A stretch of DNA of 19,050 nucleotides from Acetofilamentum sp. (GTDB taxonomy: Bacteria; Bacteroidota; Bacteroidia; Bacteroidales; DTU049). The position numbers and the translations under genes are program-made. The notes beneath the pieces are model-generated. The model did not search any database. It had not been told where the DNA came from and was given only the letters and a program-made list of their open reading frames with translations. The DNA is taken from contig DYON01000012.1 of assembly GCA_020720525.1 (NCBI GenBank), positions 2,611 through 21,660 on the forward strand, given 5' to 3'. Every line of letters begins with the position of its first letter. Position 1 is the stretch's first letter. Shown piece by piece: positions 7,730-16,003 of this stretch.

Positions 7730-9694
7730 ATGAAATCAATATATTTATTTTCTATACTCCTATTTATTGTTCAGCCAGCCTGTTTACATGCTCAGATGAC
7801 TATATCGGTAGCTGTTTCAGAGAATGGTACTTGCAATTGTTCATACAATCAAGGTAACCATGTTACAATCAATGAAGTGATGATTATGCCCTATTTATTC
7901 AATGGGTCGTTGTATGGAAATTATCCTGGAAGTGATAATGGCGGCGAATGGCTTGAACTTTATAACTCCGATACATGTAATCTGGCGGATATTTCTTGTT
8001 ACATACTTGGAAATAATACCAATGAATCAAACGCTGGATTATATGGTTTGGAAGGAGGAATTGTTATTCCGCCAGGAACACATATTCCAGCTGGAGGTTT
8101 TGCTATCATCAGGGGTATAAATGCTGAACCTGTACCATCAACACTGCTTTTTGCAAATGGGGGCAATACAATCGAAATAGTGCTCGACAATTCATCTGAT
8201 GTTTGTATCGGAAATGGTTATCGCTTCTGGCTTCCCGATGCAGGAGGCTGGCTGGCTTTGTACGATAACAACGGAAATCCTGTCGATGCCATTTCGTGGA
8301 TGGATGTAAATAACTGCTATACGAGTTATCAACCCTGTGTTCCTGCTTCGTCATCCTGCTCTCTGCCTACTTCGCTGATGTCGTACGACAATATTCCAAG
8401 CGCTAATAAAAATTATATTTGCAATTTTGAGCAAACTGGATTTACTATTGGACGGAATCCTGATGGAGGCTCATGGAATTATAATAACTACTCAAATCCC
8501 ACATACGGATTTAGCAATATAGGAGCTTTACCAGCAAACATTTACCCCTGCAATGGAAACATAAATGTTACAATTGCAGGAGGAAATCCACCCTATTCAT
8601 ATAAATGGAACGATCCGGCTCATTGCACAACACCCAATATATCTGGGCTTTGTAGTGGCACATATTGTATTACAATTACCGATGCTGGAGGAATTTCAAC
8701 AGATACCTGCTTTGCTGTAAGCGATTTGCAGATATTTCCAAATCCAACAGCAAATCCAGAGGATATATGTGAAGGTTCATTTTCTGAGTTACAAGCTTAC
8801 AATGCCGACAACTATTCGTGGAACAATGGTGCATTTACTGCTTCAATAACGGTAGGGCCTTCTTCTTCGACCATTTATTCGGTTACAGCGTCAACGTTTG
8901 GTGGCTGTTCGGGTAGCGCTAATGTGTTTGTTAACGTATTCCCAGTGCCTGAAGCATATGTTACGACGCAAAACGATTTCTGCAGCCAAGGTATTGCATG
9001 GGCTTCAGTTAATGCTAGTGGCGGAACATTTCCATACAACTATTTTTGGTCATGCTCACCAAACGACACAACATATATTGGGCAAATGACCAGTGGTATG
9101 TATTCTGTTACTGTTACCGATGCCGCCAACTGCTCTTACGAAGTTCCTTTTTCAATTTCTGATGTTCCTGGACCAACAGCTGCATTTGTTCCTCATCCTT
9201 ATGAAGTTTTGCTCGGCAATTCCATTGATTTTTTCAATAATTCTTTTGGCAATATTTCCCTTTACTTTTGGGACTTTGGCGATGGTACTTTTTCGTCAGA
9301 GATGGAGCCAGAACATGTATTTTCCGCTCTGGGAGAGTATTCTGTTTTGCTAGTAGTTGCAAGCGACACTGGTTGTGTCGATTCCATCCGGCGCTCTGTG
9401 TTTATTCGCGACCAGTACACCCTATACATGCCCAATGCTTTTACGCCAAACGGCGATCAGTGCAACGATTTCTTTTCACCATTTGCTACCAGTATTGATT
9501 TGGAAGAATATGAGATGCGCATATTCAACCGTTGGGGAAACGAAGTTTTTGTTACTCACAATATAAATCAACCATGGACTGGAATTGTGGATAACAAACC
9601 TGTTCCTGAGGATGTTTATGTTTACCGAATTTTTTTCAGAGATAAAGACCATATTATACACGAAGTAATCGGAAATATTACTCTTATATACTAA
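7730..9694 (+). CDS. Secreted multidomain T9SS cargo: signal peptide, lamin-tail domain (LTD), at least 2 SprB repeats, PKD domain, C-terminal T9SS type-B (CHU_C, gliding-motility-associated) sorting domain. Start at ATG 7730 rather than TTG 7727
   Basis: LTD: INEVM...GGEWLELYN...GGFAII...GDWLALYDNNGNPVDAISW. SprB repeats: GGNPPYSYKWND...GTYCITITDAGG and GGTFPYNYFWS...GMYSVTVTDAANC. PKD: FWDFGDGTFS...GEYSVLLVVASDTGCVD. CTD: YMPNAFTPNGDQCNDFF...YEMRIFNRWGNEVF...PWTGI. Confidence 0.8.
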   Translation: MKSIYLFSILLFIVQPACLHAQMTISVAVSENGTCNCSYNQGNHVTINEVMIMPYLFNGSLYGNYPGSDNGGEWLELYNSDTCNLADISCYILGNNTNESNAGLYGLEGGIVIPPGTHIPAGGFAIIRGINAEPVPSTLLFANGGNTIEIVLDNSSDVCIGNGYRFWLPDAGGWLALYDNNGNPVDAISWMDVNNCYTSYQPCVPASSSCSLPTSLMSYDNIPSANKNYICNFEQTGFTIGRNPDGGSWNYNNYSNPTYGFSNIGALPANIYPCNGNINVTIAGGNPPYSYKWNDPAHCTTPNISGLCSGTYCITITDAGGISTDTCFAVSDLQIFPNPTANPEDICEGSFSELQAYNADNYSWNNGAFTASITVGPSSSTIYSVTASTFGGCSGSANVFVNVFPVPEAYVTTQNDFCSQGIAWASVNASGGTFPYNYFWSCSPNDTTYIGQMTSGMYSVTVTDAANCSYEVPFSISDVPGPTAAFVPHPYEVLLGNSIDFFNNSFGNISLYFWDFGDGTFSSEMEPEHVFSALGEYSVLLVVASDTGCVDSIRRSVFIRDQYTLYMPNAFTPNGDQCNDFFSPFATSIDLEEYEMRIFNRWGNEVFVTHNINQPWTGIVDNKPVPEDVYVYRIFFRDKDHIIHEVIGNITLIY

Positions 9695-9697
9695 GCA

Positions 9698-9743
9698 ATA
9701 AAAAAGCAGTGATTTCTTTTACCAAATCACTGCTTTTCTTTTA
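9698..9743. terminator. Bidirectional intrinsic terminator between convergent genes
   Basis: A-tract, perfect 11-bp stem 9705-9715/9724-9734 (agcagtgattt/aaatcactgct), T-tract 9734-9743. Confidence 0.65.
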
Positions 9744-9757
9744 TTGAAATACAAATC

Positions 9758-10867
9758 CTATTCGAATGCTCCGAATACCCAAAGCAAACCTGCAATAACT
9801 CCAAGAATGGCAAGAACAAAGAAGAAAATCTTCCAGAAGCTGTATGGACGCTCGCCCTGAACTTCGCCGGTGCGACCATTGACCAAAAAGCGATACACTT
9901 TTTTCTTAAAACGATACGCGCTAATCCACAGAGGAAGAAGCAAATGCTTGAAAGTGATGTTGCTGTATTGTGTATTAACCGAATAAATACGCTGCTCATC
10001 GCCCCCAATATCGCGAGTAATCAGATTTCGAATGGTTGACTCCATCACTTTTTTTGCAAGATCAAAACCATCTTTCAACCCAATTTGATACGTTTCGGTG
10101 CGGAAACCGCTCAAAAAACGTTCGTCGAACGATGCAAGATTTTCGAAATCCCACGGTTCGAGCTTATCAACATATTTTCTTGGAAGTGAATTTGAAGCAA
10201 CAATTAGCACATCGTCGAAAAAATGATTTACCGAACCCGAAACTGGAGTCCAACGAGTTTTTTGCACCTGACGTGTTTTGGTTTGCCCATTTTCGGTGTA
10301 TGTTTCGGTTACATAATAATGAGTTCCTCGTGCACCAGTATATCGCGAATAAGTATCCGAATCGTAAGTCCAAAAAGGAATATACATCCCTTTGAGTTTA
10401 TCGGGTTGGGTTACAAATTTCTTCAATGCCGATGGAGCGAACCACAACTTTTTCATCCACTTACGAAAACCATCGTAGGCTTCGTTTTGCGTGATTTTAA
10501 AAGGAAGCATGCTCATAGGTTTGATTACCGAGTTTGTTGTTCCCGAAGAAACCACAATCGGGCTTCCGCAAAAAGCACAGTTGTCGCTTACAATATTGGG
10601 CTGAAAAGTGCTTGATGCACCACAATTGGAACATTTCACCGTTGCAACCTGCATCATATCTTCGGCATGAACATGATCGGCTATGTATTTGTCGAAATCG
10701 AGTTCTTCAACCGGTTGTGCATTTTCGGTGAAAATTTCATTTTCTGCATCACAATACTGACACTTCAGATGATTGGTGCCCGGTGCGAAATTTAGAATAG
10801 CTCCGCAATTAGAACATTTTGTTTCTAGCGTCTCAACATTTTTCTCATTAAAATCCTGATCACTCAT
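9758..10867 (-). CDS. Double zinc-ribbon protein with C-terminal transmembrane anchor; likely partner of the upstream COG4260-type SPFH protein (recalls B. subtilis ydjG next to ydjI)
   Basis: Two C-x2-C...C-x2-C ribbons (CSNCGA...CQYCDA; CSNCGA...CAFCGS); hydrophobic C-terminus FFFVLAILGVIAGLLWVFGAF. The homolog name is from memory only. Confidence 0.6.
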   Translation of the reverse strand: MSDQDFNEKNVETLETKCSNCGAILNFAPGTNHLKCQYCDAENEIFTENAQPVEELDFDKYIADHVHAEDMMQVATVKCSNCGASSTFQPNIVSDNCAFCGSPIVVSSGTTNSVIKPMSMLPFKITQNEAYDGFRKWMKKLWFAPSALKKFVTQPDKLKGMYIPFWTYDSDTYSRYTGARGTHYYVTETYTENGQTKTRQVQKTRWTPVSGSVNHFFDDVLIVASNSLPRKYVDKLEPWDFENLASFDERFLSGFRTETYQIGLKDGFDLAKKVMESTIRNLITRDIGGDEQRIYSVNTQYSNITFKHLLLPLWISAYRFKKKVYRFLVNGRTGEVQGERPYSFWKIFFFVLAILGVIAGLLWVFGAFE

Positions 10868-10902
10868 GTTATCGATGGTTTAAAATTGTTGCACAATACA
10901 AA

Positions 10903-10932
10903 CAATTACGTCCCTACATGGGGACGTAATTG
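10903..10932. promoter_or_regulatory. Perfect inverted repeat (12-bp stem CAATTACGTCCC/GGGACGTAATTG, 6-nt loop TACATG) in the 82-nt spacer between the SPFH gene and its zinc-ribbon partner
   Basis: Read directly; the minus-strand sequence downstream is only moderately U-rich, so a partial terminator/attenuator or a protein-binding dyad. Confidence 0.5.
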
Positions 10933-10949
10933 AGAAAATTAAAAGTTGT

Positions 10950-12056
10950 TTATGGTTGTGGAGGCATTGGAGGTGGAACAACTGGGAAAATCGAAGCCAA
11001 TTCGGCTACTTGCCCAGCTGCTGTCCATGCTGCCATTCCATTTGCCCAAACCATGGTTTCTTTGGTGAGTGTTCCCTGCTGAACCATTTGTTGCAGTGTT
11101 GGGATTGGGAAAGGACCTTGTTGTTGTCCATTCACTGAAACAAAATACTGAATGAGCGGAGGAGGTGGAGGTGTGTTTTGTTGTTGTTGCTGCTGTTGGT
11201 TTCCCATCAGCGAGCTACCCATTTGGTTTGCCATAGCAAAGCCCATACCCATGCCAAGACCAGCACCTGCATCGCCACCAGGATTATTGGCAGCAGCTTC
11301 GATAGCATTGGCGGTTTGAAATTTGGTGAATTGATTTAGGTCGCCAACAACGCCCATGCTGGTACGTTTGTCGATCATAGCTTCCACTTCGGGTGGTAGC
11401 GAAATGTTCTCAATCAGAAATTTTGTTATCGACAAACCATACTCTTCAATTTCTGGTTTGATATGTTCGTGAATTCCTTTAGAAACTTCGTTGTAATTCG
11501 AAGCAAGGTCGAGTACTGGAATTTTTTGCTCACCTACGAAGTCGGTAAAGCGGGTCATGATAATATCACGAACTTGTCCTTCAACTTCATCGGTAGTGAA
11601 AGTGCCGTCGGTTCCAGCAATTTCTTTGATAAATTTGGGTCCGTCGGTAACGCGGAAAGCATAACTACCAAAAGCACGCAGACGCACCATGCCAAATTCG
11701 GCATCGCGCATCATAATCGGGTTTTTGGTGCCCCATTTTTTATCGGTAAATTGCTTTGTATTGATAAAATACACTTCTGCCAAAAATGGACTGTTGAAGC
11801 CATATTTCCATCCTTTAAGAGTAGATAGAATAGGTACATTCTGAGTTTCGAGTGTGTACATTCCCGGCTGAAATACGTCGGCAATTTTTCCTTCGTTTAC
11901 AAACACCGCAATTTGCGATTCGCGAACAGTTAGTTTTGCACCGTATTTGATTTGGTTGTTGAACCTTTCAAAACGATGAATTATAGTATCATTGGAGGGA
12001 TCGAGCCACTCAATAATATCTATAAATTCGCCCTTGATTTTGCTAAATAGTCCCAT
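10950..12056 (-). CDS. SPFH/band-7 family protein of the COG4260 type with a Q7/P5 low-complexity linker, a C-terminal GYF_2/DUF4339-like domain and a Pro-rich tail. Start at MGLFSKIKGEFIDIIEW (ATG 12056), not the ORF-track 12104
   Basis: The family-typical N-terminus is MGLFxKIKxxFIDxIEW as recalled. The -7 box TACATTTG at 12076-12083 (minus) lies inside the longer ORF. Tail: YFVSVNGQQQGPFPIPTLQQMVQQGTLTKETMVWANGMAAWTAAGQVAEL. Confidence 0.7.
   Translation of the reverse strand: MGLFSKIKGEFIDIIEWLDPSNDTIIHRFERFNNQIKYGAKLTVRESQIAVFVNEGKIADVFQPGMYTLETQNVPILSTLKGWKYGFNSPFLAEVYFINTKQFTDKKWGTKNPIMMRDAEFGMVRLRAFGSYAFRVTDGPKFIKEIAGTDGTFTTDEVEGQVRDIIMTRFTDFVGEQKIPVLDLASNYNEVSKGIHEHIKPEIEEYGLSITKFLIENISLPPEVEAMIDKRTSMGVVGDLNQFTKFQTANAIEAAANNPGGDAGAGLGMGMGFAMANQMGSSLMGNQQQQQQQNTPPPPPLIQYFVSVNGQQQGPFPIPTLQQMVQQGTLTKETMVWANGMAAWTAAGQVAELASIFPVVPPPMPPQP
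11156..11198 (-). repeat. Coding trinucleotide low-complexity tract, (CAA/CAG)7 then (CCN)5, encoding QQQQQQQ..PPPPP
   Basis: Plus strand reads ...ggaggtggaggtg...ttgttgttgttgctgctgttg. Confidence 0.6.
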
Positions 12057-12075
12057 ATATGCTGTTTTATTTTGA

Positions 12076-12083
12076 CAAATGTA
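12076..12083 (-). promoter_or_regulatory. -7 box TACATTTG for the SPFH gene
   Basis: Plus strand CAAATGTA; 19 nt to ATG 12056. Confidence 0.4.
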
Positions 12084-12154
12084 TTTATTTTTTCGATTGA
12101 ACAATCAGTTTTCACATTTTTTTCTTGAAAAATATGTATGTGCATGCTTCTTCG

Positions 12155-12162
12155 TACTTTTG
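12155..12162 (+). promoter_or_regulatory. -7 box TACTTTTG for the ureohydrolase-trmH operon (divergent from the SPFH promoter)
   Basis: 18 nt to ATG 12180. Confidence 0.4.
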
Positions 12163-12179
12163 CCAAAATTTTAAAGCGT

Positions 12180-13220
12180 ATGTTGTTTTCATTCAACCCC
12201 GACAACAATTTCTCGAAAAAAAACGGCATTTTTGGTTTGCCAACCAACGAAGAATCGGCTGGAATTGTGATTATTCCTGTGCCATGGGATGTAACTACAT
12301 CTTATCGCGAAGGCACCTCGTTCGCTCCCGATGCCATTTTGGAAGCTTCGTACCAGATTGATTTATTCGACTCACAGCTCCCCGATATGTGGAAAAAGGG
12401 AATTTTTTACCAGCCTTACGATGAATGGATTATGGATCTGAACTCGTTTGAACGCCGCAAAGCCAAAGCTATTATCGATTATCTCGAAAACAACGACGGT
12501 GAACTTCCCGAGCGTTTGTTGCGAGCCCGCAACGAGGTAAACGATGCTTGTAGGCAAATGAACAAATATGTTGCTCAAAAAGTTGATTCGTGTTTGAAAG
12601 CTGGCAAAATACCTGCCGTTGTTGGTGGCGAACACAGCATAAGCCTTGGATCGATCGAAACTATTGCTGCACATTTCCCCAATATAGGCATTCTGCAATT
12701 CGATGCACATGCCGATTTGCGTAATGGATATCTTGGATTTGAGTTTTCGCATGCATCTGTTATGCGCAATGCTGTTGAAAAAGTAAATGGAATTGCCAAT
12801 TTGGTTCAGGTTGGTGTACGCGATTTGTGTTCCGACGAAGCTCAGTTTTCGGCTCAATCGAACAATCGAATTATTACTTATTATAGTAAATTGTTGAAAC
12901 AACGTCTTTTTAAAGGCGAAAATTGGGACTCCATATCAGCCGAAATAGTAAATCGATTGCCACAACAAGTATATATTTCGTTCGACATCGATGCACTCGA
13001 TCCTTCGCTTTGCCCACACACTGGTACGCCAGTGCCCGATGGTTTGTTGTTTGGTGAAGCTGTTTACTTATTGAAGAAAATTGTTGAAAGTGGGCGTCAA
13101 ATAGTGGGCTTCGACCTCACCGAAACTGGAGTAGATAACGACAATCAGTGGGATCAGACCGTTGGAAGTCGATTGCTATATCAGCTTTGTATTCATGCAT
13201 TTGCATCCCAAAAATCATAG
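12180..13220 (+). CDS. Arginase/agmatinase/formiminoglutamase-family ureohydrolase (binuclear Mn). Start at MLFSFNP (ATG 12180), not 12138
   Basis: GGEHSISLG, DAHADL, SFDIDALDP metal-ligand motifs; promoter box inside the longer ORF-track N-terminus. Confidence 0.75.
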   Translation: MLFSFNPDNNFSKKNGIFGLPTNEESAGIVIIPVPWDVTTSYREGTSFAPDAILEASYQIDLFDSQLPDMWKKGIFYQPYDEWIMDLNSFERRKAKAIIDYLENNDGELPERLLRARNEVNDACRQMNKYVAQKVDSCLKAGKIPAVVGGEHSISLGSIETIAAHFPNIGILQFDAHADLRNGYLGFEFSHASVMRNAVEKVNGIANLVQVGVRDLCSDEAQFSAQSNNRIITYYSKLLKQRLFKGENWDSISAEIVNRLPQQVYISFDIDALDPSLCPHTGTPVPDGLLFGEAVYLLKKIVESGRQIVGFDLTETGVDNDNQWDQTVGSRLLYQLCIHAFASQKS

Positions 13221-13223
13221 AAA

Positions 13224-13916
13224 ATGACCGATTTGAATCAGCATCGCGATAAAATTGATGCTCTAATTGAATTTTTGCAACCTTTTATTACTGAAAAGAG
13301 ATTTGAGCGAATTTCGGAAGTTGCGGCACAACGCACCGAATATGTAACTGTAATTCTCGAAAATCTCTTTCAAGGGCACAATGCCAGTGCGGTTTTGCGT
13401 ACCTGCGATTGTTTTGGTGTTCTCAATATTCATGCAGTGGAATCGGTAAATATATTTTCACCCAACGAAGAAATAGCACTTGGAGCCGAAAAATGGTTGA
13501 ATATTAACAACTATACCCAAGATAATGCGATTATAGAATTGTATTCTCATTTGCACAATAAAGGCTATGCTATTGCAGCCACAACACCGCACGGAAATCC
13601 GATTTCGGTCGATGATATTCCAGTCGATAAGCCTATTGCGCTTGTTTTTGGAACCGAAAAAGATGGATTAAGTGCCGAAGCACTCAATAGGGCCGATTTC
13701 ACCGTTGCACTTCCCATGTACGGATTTACCGAAAGTTTTAATATTTCGGTTTCGGCTGCCCTATTTCTTCAGAAGGTAACCGATAAAATGATAGCTCAAA
13801 AAGTAAACCGAGCATTACCCATCGAGGAGCAAAAGTATCTGATAGCAAATTGGATGCTCAAAACTGTTAGCGATCCCGACGGTTTGATGCGGAAATTTTT
13901 GATTGGCAGGGAGTAA
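13224..13916 (+). CDS. trmH: tRNA (guanosine-2'-O)-methyltransferase, SpoU/TrmH family
   Basis: Length 230 aa and SPOUT motifs (NASAVLRTCDCFGV, ALVFGTEKDGLS, ALPMYGFTESFNISVSAAL) comparable to E. coli TrmH; start 3 nt after the upstream stop. Confidence 0.75.
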   Translation: MTDLNQHRDKIDALIEFLQPFITEKRFERISEVAAQRTEYVTVILENLFQGHNASAVLRTCDCFGVLNIHAVESVNIFSPNEEIALGAEKWLNINNYTQDNAIIELYSHLHNKGYAIAATTPHGNPISVDDIPVDKPIALVFGTEKDGLSAEALNRADFTVALPMYGFTESFNISVSAALFLQKVTDKMIAQKVNRALPIEEQKYLIANWMLKTVSDPDGLMRKFLIGRE

Positions 13917-13943
13917 TTATTTGGTCAATTCAAAAATAGTGAG

Positions 13944-13951
13944 TAATTTTG
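13944..13951 (+). promoter_or_regulatory. -7 box TAATTTTG for rpsA with a ~55-nt leader carrying a purine-rich AAGGAAAGGAGA SD-like element
   Basis: Read directly. Confidence 0.4.
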
Positions 13952-14006
13952 CAGCCATTTAAAAAAATCTATTGTCTGAAAACCAGGCAAGGAAAGGAGA
14001 AAATTA

Positions 14007-15893
14007 ATGAATGATGAACTAAACAACGTTCAAAACCAACAACTAGAGGAACAACAACCAGTTCTGAAAAATGAGGTTGAAATTTCGGCTCCCGTTAAGG
14101 AGCAAGCGGCAGAAGAATTTAACTGGGATGCCATTGGCAAAAAAGATCAAGTTTATTCGGCCGCAGAGCGTCAGAAACTCGAAACCATGTATGTAAACAC
14201 TCTTAGCCAAATCACCGAAAAAGAGGTGATTGATGGCATCGTGATTGCATTTACAGATCGCGAAGTTTTTGTAAACATTGGCTACAAGAGCGATGGCGTT
14301 ATTCCTGCCAACGAACTTCGTTACAATCCAAACCTGAAAATTGGTGACGTGATTGAAGTGTATGTTGAAAGCCAGGAAGACAGTACAGGGCAGCTTTTAC
14401 TTTCGCACAAGAAAGCACGCTTGCTCAAAGCCTGGGATCGTATCAACGACCTTTATGAGACCGGTGAAATTATCAAAGGCGAAATTAAATGTCGCACCAA
14501 AGGTGGACTTATTGTCGATGTATTAGGAATTGAAGCATTTTTGCCAGGTTCTCAAATCGACGTTAAGCCAATTCGCGATTACGACATTTATGTAGGAAAA
14601 ATCATGGACTTCAAAATTGTGAAAGTCAACAACGAATTCAAAAATGTTGTTGTTTCGCACAAAGCTCTTATTGAAGATGAGCTCGAAGCCCAAAAGGCAG
14701 ACATTATTGCCAAACTCGAAAAAGGTCAGGTTCTCGAAGGTACCGTTAAAAATATCACATCCTATGGCGTATTTATCGACTTAGGTGGTGTTGATGGTCT
14801 TATTCACATTACCGACCTTAGTTGGGGACGTATCAATCGTCCGGAAGAAATCGTTGAACTCGATCAGAAACTCAATGTGGTTATTCTGGATTTCGACGAA
14901 AGCAAAAAACGCATTGCGCTTGGTCTGAAACAACTTACTCCACATCCTTGGGATTCGCTCGATTCCGAACTCAAAGTTAGCGACAAAGTAAAAGGTCGTG
15001 TTGTTGTTCTTGCCGATTATGGTGCATTTGTAGAAATTGCAACCGGCGTTGAAGGTTTGATTCACGTTTCGGAAATGTCGTGGTCGCAGCATTTACGCTC
15101 GGCGCAAGATTTTCTTAAAGTTGGCGACGAAGTCGAAGCTATCATTTTGAGCCTCGATCGCGAAGAACGCAAAATGTCGCTGGGTATCAAACAGCTTATT
15201 CCTGATCCATGGGTAGCAATTAAAGAAAAGTATCCGCTCAATTCGCATCACAAAGCTATTGTTCGCAATTTTACCAATTTTGGTGTTTTTGTTGAACTCG
15301 AAGAAGGTGTAGATGGTCTTATTCACATCAGCGACCTCAGTTGGTCGAAAAAAATCAAGCATCCTGCAGAATTTACCAAAATTGGTGAAGAAATCGAAGT
15401 GGTTGTTCTTGATGTTGATGTCGAAAATCGTCGCCTAAGCCTTGGTCATAAACAACTCGAAGAAAATCCTTGGGATGTTTTCGAAACCATATTCTCTATC
15501 GACAGTGTTCATAAAGGAACTGTTATTGAAAAGAACGATAAAGCTTGTATCATTTCTCTGCCTTATGGCGTTGAAGGTTATGCTCCAAATCGTCACATGG
15601 TGAAAGACGACGGCTCGAAAGCTGAAGTGGACGATGTACTCGATTTTAAAGTGATTGAATTCTCGAAAGAATCGCGCAAAATCGTTGTATCGCATAGCAA
15701 AATGCATCAGGAAGTAAAAGAAGAACGCAAAAAAGAAGTTTCTGTAGAAAAGAAAGCCGACGATAATGCCTTTAAAGTTAAAGGTGGCGGCGAAAAAGAA
15801 ACGCTTGGCGATCTCGATATTTTTGCCAACCTGAAAAATCCAAAAAAATCTTCGAAAACCAAAAAGGTTGAACCAACCGAAGATGAAGAATAG
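14007..15893 (+). CDS. rpsA: 30S ribosomal protein S1 (six S1 domains) with a lysine-rich C-terminal tail
   Basis: Repeated S1 OB-fold modules (G.V.G.V...G.F..L..G..GL.H.S....); 628-aa length is typical of Bacteroidota. Confidence 0.9.
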   Translation: MNDELNNVQNQQLEEQQPVLKNEVEISAPVKEQAAEEFNWDAIGKKDQVYSAAERQKLETMYVNTLSQITEKEVIDGIVIAFTDREVFVNIGYKSDGVIPANELRYNPNLKIGDVIEVYVESQEDSTGQLLLSHKKARLLKAWDRINDLYETGEIIKGEIKCRTKGGLIVDVLGIEAFLPGSQIDVKPIRDYDIYVGKIMDFKIVKVNNEFKNVVVSHKALIEDELEAQKADIIAKLEKGQVLEGTVKNITSYGVFIDLGGVDGLIHITDLSWGRINRPEEIVELDQKLNVVILDFDESKKRIALGLKQLTPHPWDSLDSELKVSDKVKGRVVVLADYGAFVEIATGVEGLIHVSEMSWSQHLRSAQDFLKVGDEVEAIILSLDREERKMSLGIKQLIPDPWVAIKEKYPLNSHHKAIVRNFTNFGVFVELEEGVDGLIHISDLSWSKKIKHPAEFTKIGEEIEVVVLDVDVENRRLSLGHKQLEENPWDVFETIFSIDSVHKGTVIEKNDKACIISLPYGVEGYAPNRHMVKDDGSKAEVDDVLDFKVIEFSKESRKIVVSHSKMHQEVKEERKKEVSVEKKADDNAFKVKGGGEKETLGDLDIFANLKNPKKSSKTKKVEPTEDEE

Positions 15894-15915
15894 CATTTAC
15901 GGCTAATACAAATTT

Positions 15916-15948
15916 TAAAAAACCTGCAACTTCTTGCAGGTTTTTTTG
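15916..15948. terminator. Intrinsic terminator after rpsA
   Basis: A-tract, stem acctgcaa/ttgcaggt 15922-15929/15934-15941, loop cttc, T7 tract. Confidence 0.7.
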
Positions 15949-15965
15949 TCTAATGAAAAATTTGT

Positions 15966-15973
15966 TATTTTTG
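15966..15973 (+). promoter_or_regulatory. -7 box TATTTTTG for the small T9SS cargo gene
   Basis: 30 nt to ATG 16004; lies inside the ORF-track N-terminal extension. Confidence 0.35.
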
Positions 15974-16003
15974 CAAAAAACAAAACCTCAAAAAACAAAA
16001 CCT

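Noticed and set aside
12372-12902. 176-aa minus-strand ORF inside the ureohydrolase gene
   Set aside because: Antisense to conserved arginase-family motifs; shadow ORF.
14781-15896. Minus-strand ORFs 14781..15092, 15093..15362 and 15435..15896 inside rpsA
   Set aside because: Antisense to the highly conserved S1 gene; F/N/K-rich shadow frames.
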